A DNA stretch of 50,833 nt from Conexivisphaerales archaeon (GTDB taxonomy: Archaea > Thermoproteota > Nitrososphaeria > Conexivisphaerales > UBA164): the NCBI GenBank assembly GCA_030756715.1, contig JAVBJD010000005.1, positions 1 to 50,833 on the forward strand, read 5' to 3'. Of the stretch, positions 9,481-19,675 are shown piece by piece. The notes under the pieces are model-generated. The model saw only the letters and a program-made list of their open reading frames with translations, did not search any database and was not told the DNA's origin. The number at the start of each line of letters is the position of its first letter. Positions within the stretch are counted from its first letter, which is position 1. The translations under genes and the position numbers were made by a program.

Positions 9481-11523
9481 TTAAATAGCGCAATACTTAC
9501 GCCAAGCTTTTTCATAAATTTGCCCGTTCCTCAGCATTACCATTATTATTCTTACTGCGTCTTCGTCAGTGAACTTTCCTGTTTTAACCAGTTCTTCTAT
9601 CAATGTTTTTTCATCAACTGGTTCGTTGTTTGGGCCGCATAGCTTTTTTATTGTCTCAAGCGCTATCTGCAATTTGTTTCTTTCGCTCGCGGGTTTTCCT
9701 TGTAAAATGCCTCCTATGTCTATTTTTTTGCTTCTCACATCCAAGCCGACCGTTTCGAGCATGTTTTTAACTAAAGCTATTGCTCTATCTGCGTCTTCTT
9801 CATCCGCAACACTTTTTAACAATAGCCTTGCCCTTGCTAATGCAAGCCTTATTAGAGTTTCTAACTGTCTTGCGGTTATCGTTATGGTTCCTTCTTGGCT
9901 TAAAGATCTCATCTGAAGATAGAAATCTTTTATTTTCTTAGAAGCATCTTCACTAAGAGATGGGTTTACTCTTTTTGTGTAAGCTATATATTTTCTTAAA
10001 AGCATAAAATCTATAGGGGGCGCAATTTTATAGGAGCTTTTCCTTCTTATTTCAAGTATGTGTTCTGCAAGCTTTTCGTCGCCTTCTTTGTCTGGAACGT
10101 CTCTTACTACATATATAAGGTCGAACCTCGTTAAAAGGGGTATGGGGAGGTTTACGTTTTCATAAAGGTTTTTGTAAGGATCATACCTACCAAAAATTGG
10201 GTTTGCGGCAGCTAGTATTGAGGTTCTTGCATTTAGCATTGCAACAATTCCTCCCTTTGCAACACTGACCGTTTGTTGCTCCATAACTTCATGCAGAACG
10301 CTTCTATCTTCGGGTTTCATTTTATCAAATTCATCAATACATGCAATGCCTTGGTCTGCAAGAACTACTGCTCCAGCCTCAAGCATCATCATGCCATTGG
10401 TTTCCTTAACTACTGCGGCAGTAAGCCCTGCTGCCGTGGAACCTCTACCGCTAGTGTAAAGAGCCCTAGGCGCTAATCTAGAAACGTATTTTAAAAACTC
10501 CGATTTTGCAGTTCCAGGATCTCCTACAAGCAATATATTTATGTCCCCTCGTAAGGTTTGTCCATCTGGAAGCGTTACTTGGGGGGATCCTACAGCTAAA
10601 AGCAAAAGAGCTTCTTTGATGTCTTCGTGGCCATAAATTCCAGGCGCTATAGAGTTTTTTAAAATCTCATACGCGTTTGGGTTTCTTGCTATTTCTAATA
10701 TCTTTATTTCGTCTTCGGGTGTTATTTCTATTTTTTCGTTTCCTCTGGCGAGTTCTTCGATCCAAAGCCCTTGTAGTTTGATTTTAAATAGGCTCTGTTG
10801 TACGATCCTTCTTCCCTTTTCTTGATCAGCCCTTATTATTCCAGTTACTACTATTCTGTCTCCTGGTCTTGATATATTTACAAGATCGCCTTCTATTTCA
10901 ATATCTATGTACTGTGGCAGTTGGCCAGCCGGAAGTTCTTCTGGCAATTCTTGTATTCTTATAACTTGATAATCAGTAAACGTGCTTTTTGTTTTGTCCA
11001 GCTCTAGATTTTTCTCGCCGCACTCCGCGCATTTTGCAGGTTTTCTTAAAATGGTGTCTGATTGCGGTACATAATTTATATGTCCAAGCGGGCATACAAA
11101 TGCCGCGACCTTCATCAGCGGCATAACTTCCGATGTCCTTACTACCATTCCGCCTATTGAAATAAGTTTATCAATGTATTTTGAACTCACGTTTCTTAAA
11201 TTGAGCCTATCTGTAAGACCTCTAATTCTTACTCTGAATTCATCCTTTATTTCTTCTGCATAAGCCGGATTTTCAACTTTTAATGTGTCAAAAGCAGCTT
11301 TATTAAGCTCTTCAATTGTTGCATCCGGAGTTTCAATCAACATTATCGCCAGATCTGGGTCGAACTTGAGTATGTCTTGATAATCTATTACTATAGATTT
11401 TTTATCAAGGGATGCTAACTTCGCAATCTGTTCCCTGTACTTATATTTTCCATCAGGAGTAGTTATGCTCTTTAAAAATAGTTCAAACTGATCATAAAGT
11501 TTTGATTGTGTGTACACCATCAC
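9481..11523 (-). CDS. mcm: MCM replicative helicase
   Basis: Zn finger CPLGH...CAEC; GDPGTAKS, IDEFDKM, LHEVMEQQTVSVAKGG, AAANP, LLTRFDL, TARQLE; no intein. Confidence 0.98.
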   Translation of the reverse strand: MMVYTQSKLYDQFELFLKSITTPDGKYKYREQIAKLASLDKKSIVIDYQDILKFDPDLAIMLIETPDATIEELNKAAFDTLKVENPAYAEEIKDEFRVRIRGLTDRLNLRNVSSKYIDKLISIGGMVVRTSEVMPLMKVAAFVCPLGHINYVPQSDTILRKPAKCAECGEKNLELDKTKSTFTDYQVIRIQELPEELPAGQLPQYIDIEIEGDLVNISRPGDRIVVTGIIRADQEKGRRIVQQSLFKIKLQGLWIEELARGNEKIEITPEDEIKILEIARNPNAYEILKNSIAPGIYGHEDIKEALLLLAVGSPQVTLPDGQTLRGDINILLVGDPGTAKSEFLKYVSRLAPRALYTSGRGSTAAGLTAAVVKETNGMMMLEAGAVVLADQGIACIDEFDKMKPEDRSVLHEVMEQQTVSVAKGGIVAMLNARTSILAAANPIFGRYDPYKNLYENVNLPIPLLTRFDLIYVVRDVPDKEGDEKLAEHILEIRRKSSYKIAPPIDFMLLRKYIAYTKRVNPSLSEDASKKIKDFYLQMRSLSQEGTITITARQLETLIRLALARARLLLKSVADEEDADRAIALVKNMLETVGLDVRSKKIDIGGILQGKPASERNKLQIALETIKKLCGPNNEPVDEKTLIEELVKTGKFTDEDAVRIIMVMLRNGQIYEKAWRKYCAI

Positions 11524-12038
11524 CCATCACTGAAAACGCTTGAGTACCAATCTTCCAAATCGTTCTTAACTTTCTCGTAGAGAACCGTTTCTTCGGGCGT
11601 AAGTAATGTCATTAATTTATCAAGTTCTATACCTTGAAAGGCCATCTGAATTATTTTGTTTATCCTCATTTTAATCAAATCATAAACATACATTTTTATC
11701 TTTTGGTCATCTTTTTTTAACCTAACATAAAGGTTAAATTTTTGGTAAAAATCTTGGGGGAGAGGCCCCAATTGGTGCTGGCCTAATATTTTTTCTTTAT
11801 TTATTGCATTGAAAACCTCTGCTTCAAAATCTTCCAATCCTACCTTTATCAGGCCTCTTTCGGCCAGCGTCGGAGCAAGCCAAAGCCCTATATCTATTAT
11901 CTCGCCTTCTTTCGGTCCATTCATTTTAATATAATCAAACTTAAAATCGGTTTTATCTTTTGTAAACTGCGCCTTAATAGAATTAAGCGCTCCTAGCATT
12001 TTGATCATAGAAAGTCTTTCTTTTAACTCAGTTGACAT
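11520..12038 (-). CDS. GINS subunit (Gins23-like)
   Basis: LWLA..L, LPQDFY, RINKI, LTPEE..LY; 4-nt overlap with mcm (conserved gins-mcm pairing). Confidence 0.8.
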   Translation of the reverse strand: MSTELKERLSMIKMLGALNSIKAQFTKDKTDFKFDYIKMNGPKEGEIIDIGLWLAPTLAERGLIKVGLEDFEAEVFNAINKEKILGQHQLGPLPQDFYQKFNLYVRLKKDDQKIKMYVYDLIKMRINKIIQMAFQGIELDKLMTLLTPEETVLYEKVKNDLEDWYSSVFSDG

Positions 12039-12138
12039 TTCATTAAATTAACGTAAAAAGTAGAATATATTTATTTAGTTAAAACCACAGTTAGCAACAT
12101 TATGTTTATAAGCAAATTTGTATTTGCTAAATAATGAA

Positions 12139-12507
12139 ATGTTCAGAATGAATAGGGACATGAGAAGGATGCTCGAAAAAATGGGTGTTGAGATAAAGGA
12201 ACTTGAAAACGTAAAAGAAGTTATAATAAAGACCGATAAAGAAGAATACCTAATAAAACAGCCCGCGGTTAACATTGTAAAGATGCAGGGCGCACTCAGT
12301 TTTGAAATAATGGGCGGAGAATTGACAAAAACCCAGCTCGAGTCTAAAGAAACAACAACTTATGAAATAAAAGAAGACGACGTGCTTTTAGTGGCTAGAG
12401 AAACCGGAGTGAGCAAAGAAGAAGCTGAACAGGTTTTACGGGAATCAAACGGTGATATAGCGCTTGCAATTTTAAAGATACAAGAAAGGAAAAGCCATAA
12501 CCTTTAA
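12139..12507 (+). CDS. nac: Nascent polypeptide-associated complex protein (aNAC)
   Basis: RRMLEKMG, V.EVII, C-terminal UBA-like EDDVLLVA..TGVS.EEA..L..NGDIALAI; ATG at 12139 preferred over TTG at 12118. Confidence 0.92.
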   Translation: MFRMNRDMRRMLEKMGVEIKELENVKEVIIKTDKEEYLIKQPAVNIVKMQGALSFEIMGGELTKTQLESKETTTYEIKEDDVLLVARETGVSKEEAEQVLRESNGDIALAILKIQERKSHNL

Positions 12508-12517
12508 ATCATCTAAT

Positions 12518-12844
12518 TTACTTTTTAGATTTAGTTGTTTTAAAATCTATTTCTATACTTACAGATTGAGGTATACTTAGCTTTGTTATTTGCGCCATAA
12601 CTCTGTCATTATAAGGAACTTCTATCAACCTTCTGTGCAATCGTAATTCCCATTTATCGAAAGTATGTGTACCCTCACCTGAAGGTGCCTTTCTAGTTAC
12701 AATGAGCAATTTTTTTGTTGGTAATGGAATAGGCCCACTAACTTTAACCCCTATTTTTTCAGCCATATCTTTTATAGAATTGCTTACGTTTTCTAAGTCC
12801 TCTAAATTGTTTGACATCAGTTTTATTCTAGCTATTTGTTCCAT
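12518..12844 (-). CDS. rps10: Ribosomal protein uS10
   Basis: SGPIPLPT, RKAPSGEGT.TFDKWELRLHRRLI. Confidence 0.97.
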   Translation of the reverse strand: MEQIARIKLMSNNLEDLENVSNSIKDMAEKIGVKVSGPIPLPTKKLLIVTRKAPSGEGTHTFDKWELRLHRRLIEVPYNDRVMAQITKLSIPQSVSIEIDFKTTKSKK

Positions 12845-12896
12845 CCTAATATACCAAAAGACATCTATTATATTTATTTTACGCGTTTCTTGAAAT

Positions 12897-13127
12897 TTAG
12901 CCTATCTTTCCAGCGTTGAAAGCATCAACAAACTCGTTATAAACGTCTATATATTCTTGGGATGTAACTGGTTTTTCGTACCTTAAACCACAGTTACCAC
13001 ACACTACAACCCACTTATCGTCTTGCTTTTTTACTATTACTGAAATTGCTCCACACCTTGGGCAGCGTAAGATCTTAGGTAAGACCTTTTTAACGGGCTT
13101 AATCACTCTTCTCTTTTTTCTTGTCAT
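12897..13127 (-). CDS. elf1: Transcription elongation factor Elf1
   Basis: Basic N-terminus RKKRR, LPK..RCPRC...CGNCG, IDVYNEFVD. Confidence 0.88.
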   Translation of the reverse strand: MTRKKRRVIKPVKKVLPKILRCPRCGAISVIVKKQDDKWVVVCGNCGLRYEKPVTSQEYIDVYNEFVDAFNAGKIG

Positions 13128-13211
13128 GATTTCCTTTTTAAAAAAGGGACTATTAAATTTTCTTTTTAAGCATTGAAAAAACCAATTTAAAATTTAGAAA
13201 AAAGAAGAATT

Positions 13212-13625
13212 TTACCTGTATGATTTTTGTTCTCTTCTTCTTGCTCCAGGTCCACCGAACTTCTTTGGCTCTTTCTGTCTTTTATCTCCTATGAGCAGAT
13301 GACGATCGTAACTCAAAATCTTTTCTTTAAGACCTTTCTCGTCTTTAAAGTAATCTACAACAGCGCGCGAAACTGCTATTGCAGCCGCATATGCTTGTCC
13401 TATTGGCCCTCCGCCCTTTGTCCTTATCTTTACGTTAACTGAAAACCTCTTATCCCCTATTAGTTTTATTGGAACACTAACTACCGCCTGAAGGTATTCA
13501 GGTAGCGTCTCTAAAAGCATACCGTTATATCTTACTACTCCAGTTCCTGGCTCAATTCTTGCAAACGCCTTTGCTTTTTTTCTTGAACCTGAACGTATCT
13601 TTGCTAATTTGGTTTTAGTTGACAT
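13212..13625 (-). CDS. rps9: Ribosomal protein uS9
   Basis: GSRKKAKA, GGG..GQA, YDRHLL.GD.R.KEPKKFGGPGARR..QKSYR. Confidence 0.97.
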   Translation of the reverse strand: MSTKTKLAKIRSGSRKKAKAFARIEPGTGVVRYNGMLLETLPEYLQAVVSVPIKLIGDKRFSVNVKIRTKGGGPIGQAYAAAIAVSRAVVDYFKDEKGLKEKILSYDRHLLIGDKRQKEPKKFGGPGARRREQKSYR

Positions 13626-14064
13626 CTCCGCTCCACCCTAACTCTCTAGCTAGTTCTCCTAGCATTATATAATCTGTTGGGAAACCTTTAGCTATGGCAT
13701 CTTCAGGTTTATCAAACTTAACAGCATTAAGTTCTTGAGGAACACCATGAAAAACCATCAAATTTTTAAAAGCGTTTCTCCCTTTTGGTTTCCTGTAGGG
13801 TAGCATTCCTCTTACAACTCTTCTGAAAATTCTATCAGGCCTCCTATAGTGAATTGGGTTATGCTTAGGGTTTATAAGACTGTTTATCTCGAGTTTTTTC
13901 TTCCATTCTTCGATTATTGCGCGTCTATCGCCTGAAATCAGTATTTTTTCTGCGTTCACAACGTATACTTTTTTTCCTTGCAAAAGCATTTTGACTATTT
14001 CACTTGCCAGTCTTCCCATTACAAGTCCAGCGCCATCTATATAAATTACATCATTACTTGACAA
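13615..14064 (-). CDS. rpl13: Ribosomal protein uL13
   Basis: GRLAS, VVNAEK..ISG, PDRIFRRVVRGMLP. Confidence 0.97.
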   Translation of the reverse strand: MSSNDVIYIDGAGLVMGRLASEIVKMLLQGKKVYVVNAEKILISGDRRAIIEEWKKKLEINSLINPKHNPIHYRRPDRIFRRVVRGMLPYRKPKGRNAFKNLMVFHGVPQELNAVKFDKPEDAIAKGFPTDYIMLGELARELGWSGDVN

Positions 14065-14392
14065 TTATTATACCACCTTGATCTTTATATTTTTCAGCAA
14101 ACGCGTCTATTAAAAGCGCTTCTCCACCCGCTTTATTTATTTTTTCTCTTCCTGTTTTTGAATATGAAAATGCGCCTACATGAATTTTTTTGGTTAAAGA
14201 TCCTCCGCCAAGAACCCGGCCAAGCACTATGACGTATGCTCCATCTGGTACAAGCCTCTCTAACTTAGATACATTTACTACGTGGCTGGGTTTGTTTTTT
14301 TCTCTCACTTTATATACAGCCCTCCATATTGGTCTTTTTGTTTCTCTATAAGCGTTTTTGAGGACTTTTAAAGTTTTCATTTTTTCAATCAT
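14054..14392 (-). CDS. rpl18e: Ribosomal protein eL18
   Basis: IWRAV, VNVSKL, GRVLGGG, KINKAGG; position between rpoD and uL13. Confidence 0.92.
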   Translation of the reverse strand: MIEKMKTLKVLKNAYRETKRPIWRAVYKVREKNKPSHVVNVSKLERLVPDGAYVIVLGRVLGGGSLTKKIHVGAFSYSKTGREKINKAGGEALLIDAFAEKYKDQGGIIIVK

Positions 14393-15156
14393 AATGAATC
14401 TAGCCTCTTTTCTATTTCATCTAAATCTTTAATTATTAAATTTGCACTTTCGATAACAATGTCTTTAGCTTCGAGCTGCCCTATGCTTTCCACCCCAAAA
14501 ATATAACTTCCTGGTTTTTCTGTTATTTCCAAGCTTTCTTTATCGACTTTAAGGCATTCTTCACAATATGTACACGAATATGGGTTTTTCGCTATGAGAT
14601 TTCCGTCCGTTATTTCGAAAACATTTCTGGGGCATGAATCTACTATTTTTTTAGCGTTTTCAGTTTTCGGATTCTTAATGTTTATTACTGGCGTAGGTTT
14701 AACAATTGCCTTTGAAGTTGGACTATACTTGCTGTGTTTTTTGCCTTTTCCAAGCCTAGCATATGCTTCAAGCTTTATGTTTTGTTTGGGGGCCAATTTT
14801 AAAATCGGTATCTCATTAGAAACTGGTTTTACTTCTTTATCTTCAACCGGAACTAAATCGCCTGAATAAACTGTTCTTACAGAATCTTCTGCACTTGCGT
14901 CAAGAACCAGCATTAACTGCGCATCTTCCATATCTAAGTATTTCTTTGGGGTTTTAAGCGGTACTAGCCCTAATCGCTGAGCTAAACTTTCGTCATAAAC
15001 AAGGGAACTATTTTCAATAAAAACTACATCTTCTATAGCTAATGTAGGTACCTCTGACATAGCGTACCTTCTTAAACCGTTCACTAAGTCTAATGGGTAT
15101 CCTTCTACTTTAATAGTTAAGTTTAATTTATCTTTTTCAAGAACTTCAACAGTCAT
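14389..15156 (-). CDS. rpoD: RNA polymerase subunit D (Rpo3) with ferredoxin-like Fe-S domain
   Basis: NGLRR..SEVPTLAI, DESLAQRLGLVP, GKKHSKYSP, CPRNVF...CTYCEEC, ESIGQL. Confidence 0.96.
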   Translation of the reverse strand: MTVEVLEKDKLNLTIKVEGYPLDLVNGLRRYAMSEVPTLAIEDVVFIENSSLVYDESLAQRLGLVPLKTPKKYLDMEDAQLMLVLDASAEDSVRTVYSGDLVPVEDKEVKPVSNEIPILKLAPKQNIKLEAYARLGKGKKHSKYSPTSKAIVKPTPVINIKNPKTENAKKIVDSCPRNVFEITDGNLIAKNPYSCTYCEECLKVDKESLEITEKPGSYIFGVESIGQLEAKDIVIESANLIIKDLDEIEKRLDSL

Positions 15157-15618
15157 TTACGTTCTCCTTCCTCTCCTGCCGCCTGGCGGTCTTGTGCTAT
15201 CATGAGGAATTGGTGTCACGTCTTCAATTCTCCCGATTTTAAACCCCGCTCTTACAAGCGCTCTAATAGCAGCTTGTGCCCCAGGACCGGGTGTCTTTGA
15301 TCCTGTGCCTCCTTCTCCACGTACATAAATATGAAGTGCCGTTATGCCTTTTTCTTTAGCGACGGCCGCTGCGGCTGATGCGGCCTTCATTGCAGCGTAA
15401 GGAGACCCCTCAAGTCTATCAGCCTTAACGTGCTGTCCGCCGCTGCTGAAAGATATGGTTTCCGCGCCCGAAAGATCTGTAATATGAACTATTGTGTTAT
15501 TAAAGCTACTGTAAATATGGGCTATCCCCCATTTGTCTTCCTGTGTACTTTGCTTTACGCTTTCACTTTCTTCTTCTTTTTTAGATAATTTTTCTTCTGG
15601 AGCTTTTTCTTCACTCAT
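15157..15618 (-). CDS. rps11: Ribosomal protein uS11
   Basis: [41 protein letters not shown]. Confidence 0.98.
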   Translation of the reverse strand: MSEEKAPEEKLSKKEEESESVKQSTQEDKWGIAHIYSSFNNTIVHITDLSGAETISFSSGGQHVKADRLEGSPYAAMKAASAAAAVAKEKGITALHIYVRGEGGTGSKTPGPGAQAAIRALVRAGFKIGRIEDVTPIPHDSTRPPGGRRGRRT

Positions 15619-16091
15619 TCTTCTTTCACCTTTATAAGGTTCTCTTCTTTTCTGCTGACCAAATAACTTGGTCTGTTGATTATTCTATCCCCAACTATTA
15701 CTTTTTTGTGCGCTACTATTTGTCTAGCATTATGCACGGTTTTAGCTAAGCCTTTTTTATAGACCATTGTCTGTAGCCTTCTTTCTAAAAGATCTTTGAC
15801 AGTAAGATTGAGAATGCTATCTAAATTAAGCTCGCCTTCTTCTAAAAGACCCATTTCATAAAGCCTATTTATAAGCATTTTTTCGCGAGATTTTCTAATT
15901 TCTTCTGGAGCACCAAGCAACATTCTTGCTTGCCTTCTTATGTTAGAAATAATTGTAGCGGCTTTCCAGAGCTCTTTTTTATTTTTTAATCCATACTCTC
16001 CTACAAGCATAAGTTCTTGCTGTAGTGTTGCCCTATCCCATGGGTTACGGGGTGTTGTATAAGTTTTTTTAGGTTTTTTAGGGTCTCCCAT
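15615..16091 (-). CDS. rps4: Ribosomal protein uS4
   Basis: [31 protein letters not shown]. Confidence 0.97.
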   Translation of the reverse strand: MGDPKKPKKTYTTPRNPWDRATLQQELMLVGEYGLKNKKELWKAATIISNIRRQARMLLGAPEEIRKSREKMLINRLYEMGLLEEGELNLDSILNLTVKDLLERRLQTMVYKKGLAKTVHNARQIVAHKKVIVGDRIINRPSYLVSRKEENLIKVKEE

Positions 16092-16616
16092 TTACTTTCC
16101 CTCCTTTTCTTTCTCTTTTTCAGGAGCGGTCTGTTGGGCCGCTTGCTGGGCTTGTGCTGCTTGCACGGCTTTCTTTCTAACCCCAACGGTGAGTCCTTTT
16201 CTTCCAGTCGTACGCGTCCTCTGTCCTCTAACCTTTAAGCCGAGTGAGTGCCTGAACCCACGCCAACTGTTCATAAGCTTCTCTCTTTCAATATCATCTT
16301 TTACCTTTAGCATTAGGTCACTTTCAAGCAAATGCAAATCTTGCCCTGTCTCTAAATCCTTTCTTCTGTTCAAAAGCCATCCCGGTAGGTTAAGCGACCT
16401 TGGGTTCAGTATAGCCCTTTCGAGTGTTTGAAGCTGAGCGTCGTTAAGTCGACCTAATCTTATTGATGGATCGAGCCTTAACGCCCTTATTATTGCCAAA
16501 GCTAACGTGAAATTTAGACCCTTAATGTCGCGCAAGGCTACAAGTAATGGTTTGTTTCCATTAAGATCCCTTCCTGCCATCCTAATAATTGCCCTAACCT
16601 GAGTTTGTGAAGACAT
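16092..16616 (-). CDS. rps13: Ribosomal protein uS13
   Basis: WLLNRRKD.ETG, SWRGFRH.LGLKVRGQRTRTTGR; Ala/Gln/Lys/Glu-rich C-terminal tail. Confidence 0.98.
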   Translation of the reverse strand: MSSQTQVRAIIRMAGRDLNGNKPLLVALRDIKGLNFTLALAIIRALRLDPSIRLGRLNDAQLQTLERAILNPRSLNLPGWLLNRRKDLETGQDLHLLESDLMLKVKDDIEREKLMNSWRGFRHSLGLKVRGQRTRTTGRKGLTVGVRKKAVQAAQAQQAAQQTAPEKEKEKEGK

Positions 16617-16668
16617 CCGCTTTCGTTAATACGCACGATATTTATAAATCTGACTATGAACTTATGAA

Positions 16669-17808
16669 GTGATGGCAGAATCTTATGATTATGAAGTTAT
16701 TGTCATAGGTGCCGGGCCCGCTGGATCGCTTGCGGCAGCAGAAGCTGCTCGCGCAGGCAAAAAGGTCTTGATTGTAGAAAAAGATACAGAAGTCGGAATT
16801 CCAGAAACCTGCGGCGGGCTGGTAAGCGCAAGCGGGCTAAGCAACATAATTGAGGATACAAGCGTAATAAAACGTAAAATAAACAAGGGCTCTTTAATTG
16901 TTAAGGACGCATTGTTTGAGTTTTCGTTTGAAAAGAGTAACTTAGTTGAAATAGAAAGACAACTTCTGGATAAAAAGCTTGCGGGTATTGCTGTTAGAGA
17001 GGGCTCTGAACTAATTTTAGGATCGTATGCGTTTTACAAAAAAGAAAACGGCGTAAATTTGGTTTACATAAAAGGAAAAAAGCTCACGGCCAAATACATA
17101 ATAAACGCAGGAGGAAGCAGTTATTATTTAAAAAAAGAGGGAAAGGTTCTAGCAACTCAGTACATGTTTGCGTTAAAAAATGGATATTATGATGGGATTG
17201 CGGTCTACATAAACAAGGAATTATATCCAAAAATGTTTGGATGGTACATTCCTTATGATGAGGGGCTTGCTAAAGTTGGAGCTCCAGGAAGCCCAGACGT
17301 TGCAATGCTGGCCGTTAAAAAAATATTTGAAAAACTAAAGTTAAATGGTAAGGCGGTAAAAATGTTAAGCGCTTATTTGATAAACGGAGGGCCTTTTTAT
17401 CAATATAATACGCGTGATTACGTTATGGTAGGAGATGCTGGGGGACAAACTAAACCCACGACCGGTGGCGGTATAATTTTTGGAGGTGTTGGAGGTAAAA
17501 TTGCGGGAAAACTGGCAGGAAAAGACGCCCTTGGAACCTACAATAACGAGTACTATGAACACGGCCCAGGCAAGGATTTAATAAAACAGGTTAAAATTAA
17601 GGATGTCTATGAAATGTTAAGCGATTCTGCAATATTTAAAATTGCAAGTGTTTTACATGAAAGAAACATAAGTTTTGTGGAAGATGAATTCGATTACCAT
17701 TCTAAGCTAATTAAAAAAGTGCTGCAAGATCCAACGCTAGCTTTTAAGTTAGCAGAGGTTATGCCATCCGTTGCTTTTAGTTATTTAAAGTCATTACTGC
17801 TTAGTTGA
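16669..17808 (+). CDS. Geranylgeranyl reductase-family FAD oxidoreductase
   Basis: VIGAGPAGS, CGG, R..LDK.LA, FGWYIP, VGDAGGQTKPTTGGGI. Confidence 0.85.
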   Translation: MMAESYDYEVIVIGAGPAGSLAAAEAARAGKKVLIVEKDTEVGIPETCGGLVSASGLSNIIEDTSVIKRKINKGSLIVKDALFEFSFEKSNLVEIERQLLDKKLAGIAVREGSELILGSYAFYKKENGVNLVYIKGKKLTAKYIINAGGSSYYLKKEGKVLATQYMFALKNGYYDGIAVYINKELYPKMFGWYIPYDEGLAKVGAPGSPDVAMLAVKKIFEKLKLNGKAVKMLSAYLINGGPFYQYNTRDYVMVGDAGGQTKPTTGGGIIFGGVGGKIAGKLAGKDALGTYNNEYYEHGPGKDLIKQVKIKDVYEMLSDSAIFKIASVLHERNISFVEDEFDYHSKLIKKVLQDPTLAFKLAEVMPSVAFSYLKSLLLS

Positions 17809-18326
17809 ATTATCTTCTTTCCCTTTTCCTGCGGCATAATTTTTAATTTTGCGTTTTCGAATTCTCTATAAAATTCTGAACCGTCAAAAACACGATCCAA
17901 AAAAATCGCCAGTGCCGCAACTTCTGAATGAGGCTGGTTTCCTATAGATATATTGTAATCAGAATGCATATATACATCAATGGGCACCTTTTCAGATCCT
18001 ACAATAACCAAAAGATCCTTGTTTTCTGTTTTTAGTCTGTCTAGAACTTTAGGTAGTGGTATTCCATACATAGTTAGATTTACGATTGTTTTACCGTTTT
18101 GTTGAGCCTCTTTAATTAGGCTTTTCCAGCTATCAACGAACACAACAAAAAAATCACCTCCCCATGTTTCGTTTACTTTTTTAATCGAAGACGCTACTTT
18201 TTCATCTTTATCGCCATATATATACATACCAGAGGCACCAAAAGCTCTTCCTACAAGACCACAATGGGTGGTAACTCTTTTATCCCTCTCGGCTCTGTGA
18301 AAGAGCCTCAAAATTTCAACCTTCAT
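17781..18326 (-). CDS. trm56: tRNA (cytidine-56-2'-O)-methyltransferase aTrm56
   Basis: HRAERDKRVTTH..LV.RAFGA, WGG.F, LTMYG, VGSEKVP, GNQPHSEVAALAIFLD. Confidence 0.96.
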   Translation of the reverse strand: MKVEILRLFHRAERDKRVTTHCGLVGRAFGASGMYIYGDKDEKVASSIKKVNETWGGDFFVVFVDSWKSLIKEAQQNGKTIVNLTMYGIPLPKVLDRLKTENKDLLVIVGSEKVPIDVYMHSDYNISIGNQPHSEVAALAIFLDRVFDGSEFYREFENAKLKIMPQEKGKKIIQLSSNDFK

Positions 18327-18651
18327 TTTTGGTTTTCATTTCCCTTAAAACCTTTAAAGCGTTAATATAATTTAATGTTATAATTGATGTTTTTTCATCA
18401 TCCGTTTGTTGTTTTAAAACGTTAAGAAGCCTTTTTAAAATTAGATCGTCTATTTCTTGTAGCCCAGCAGGTTTTGTCTCACTTGCGCCCTCTAGTTCTT
18501 CTATGCTGTTTACGTTGTCACAGTTTGGACAGAATGTTTTACCTTTATACTTTAGCATTATTCCTCCGCATTTAGGACATGGTTCAGCTAATAAGGTTCC
18601 TCCTCTTCGCATTACCTCAGCAACTAAAGCTCTTTTTTCTTTTGAAAGCAT
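18316..18651 (-). CDS. UPF0148 / autoantigen-p27-like Zn-ribbon protein
   Basis: AEVMRRGGTLLAEPCPKCGG...FCPNC. Confidence 0.8.
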   Translation of the reverse strand: MLSKEKRALVAEVMRRGGTLLAEPCPKCGGIMLKYKGKTFCPNCDNVNSIEELEGASETKPAGLQEIDDLILKRLLNVLKQQTDDEKTSIITLNYINALKVLREMKTKNEG

Positions 18652-18854
18652 AAAGTAATTTATTTTTAGTTCAATTTAGCTTTAACTTTAATTACTAATT
18701 ATAAAAATTATAAAGAATATTTACTAAGACACGTTTTATAAAATAATATTAGTTCCATACAACAAAATTCAACTTGATAGTTTCATTTTATCTTTACAAA
18801 ATGATTATAACGCTTAAAAATACGTTTTTGCTTTCTTTGATCAGGTGCAAAAAG

Positions 18855-19673
18855 ATGCAAATTGAGACGATCTTTAACGAGTTAATTTCTAACGTTATGC
18901 CTAATTTTGATGATGAATTCAAGAAAAAATTACTGAATTATGATAATGAAACGCTTGTTAAAATGGTAAATTATGCTCTTGGGGGTGGGAAAAGAATAAG
19001 GCCCCTTATACTTATTTTAATAAACAAAAATCTTGGCGAACGATTTGATATTTCAAACGCTAGTTATTCTGTTGAACTTATGCACAGCTTATCATTAATT
19101 CATGATGACTTTATAGATAAAGAAGAAAAGAGAAGAGACCGCGTACCGTTTTATAAAATTTTTGGTTACGATAGTGCTTTACTTATTACTGATTATGTGT
19201 TTGGTATTGTTATAGACCTTATAAATCAATACAAGATACCAGAGGCTACCGATACGCTGGCAAAAACTAGTCTTAAAATGAGTGAGGGTGAGTTCGAGGA
19301 ACTTAATCTTTTTAATAAAAAGGATAGCGTCAGTTTAGATGAATATTTAAAAGTTATAAATTATAAAACCGCGTCCCTGTTTGCTGCATCTGCAAAGCTG
19401 GGAGCACTGCTTTCTCAGAACCCTCAGTTTGCTGAAAAAGCTTATTACTTTGGAGAGAACCTCGGTATCATATATCAGGTAAAAGATGATTTAAAAGATA
19501 GAAAACACGTATTTAATGAGCTTATAAACAAACTTCCGCAAGAAGAGCAGAGATTTTTAGATAAACTATTAGAAGAAAAATATCTTTCCGCATTAAAATA
19601 TTTGAAGGAGTTCCCTCAGACCGAGTACAATAAAAAGTTATACGAACTTACTGACCTGCTTTTTAAGGCTTAA
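18855..19673 (+). CDS. Polyprenyl (GGPP) synthase
   Basis: GGKRIRP, ELMHSLSLIHDDFID..EKRR, YKTASLF, YQVKDD; ATG at 18855 after AGGTG preferred over 18774. Confidence 0.9.
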   Translation: MQIETIFNELISNVMPNFDDEFKKKLLNYDNETLVKMVNYALGGGKRIRPLILILINKNLGERFDISNASYSVELMHSLSLIHDDFIDKEEKRRDRVPFYKIFGYDSALLITDYVFGIVIDLINQYKIPEATDTLAKTSLKMSEGEFEELNLFNKKDSVSLDEYLKVINYKTASLFAASAKLGALLSQNPQFAEKAYYFGENLGIIYQVKDDLKDRKHVFNELINKLPQEEQRFLDKLLEEKYLSALKYLKEFPQTEYNKKLYELTDLLFKA

Positions 19674-19675
19674 AA

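Noticed and set aside
9481-11523. Inteins in MCM (also checked Cdc6, Hel308 and EF-2)
   Set aside because: Lengths are normal and motifs contiguous
16095-16175. Short repeats in the uS13 tail (QAAQAQQAAQQ, EKEKEK)
   Set aside because: Low-complexity protein tail, not an independent DNA repeat element
18774-18854. N-terminal extension of the polyprenyl synthase in the ORF track
   Set aside because: AT-rich promoter-like DNA; the ATG at 18855 has an SD-like AGGTG and gives a normal length
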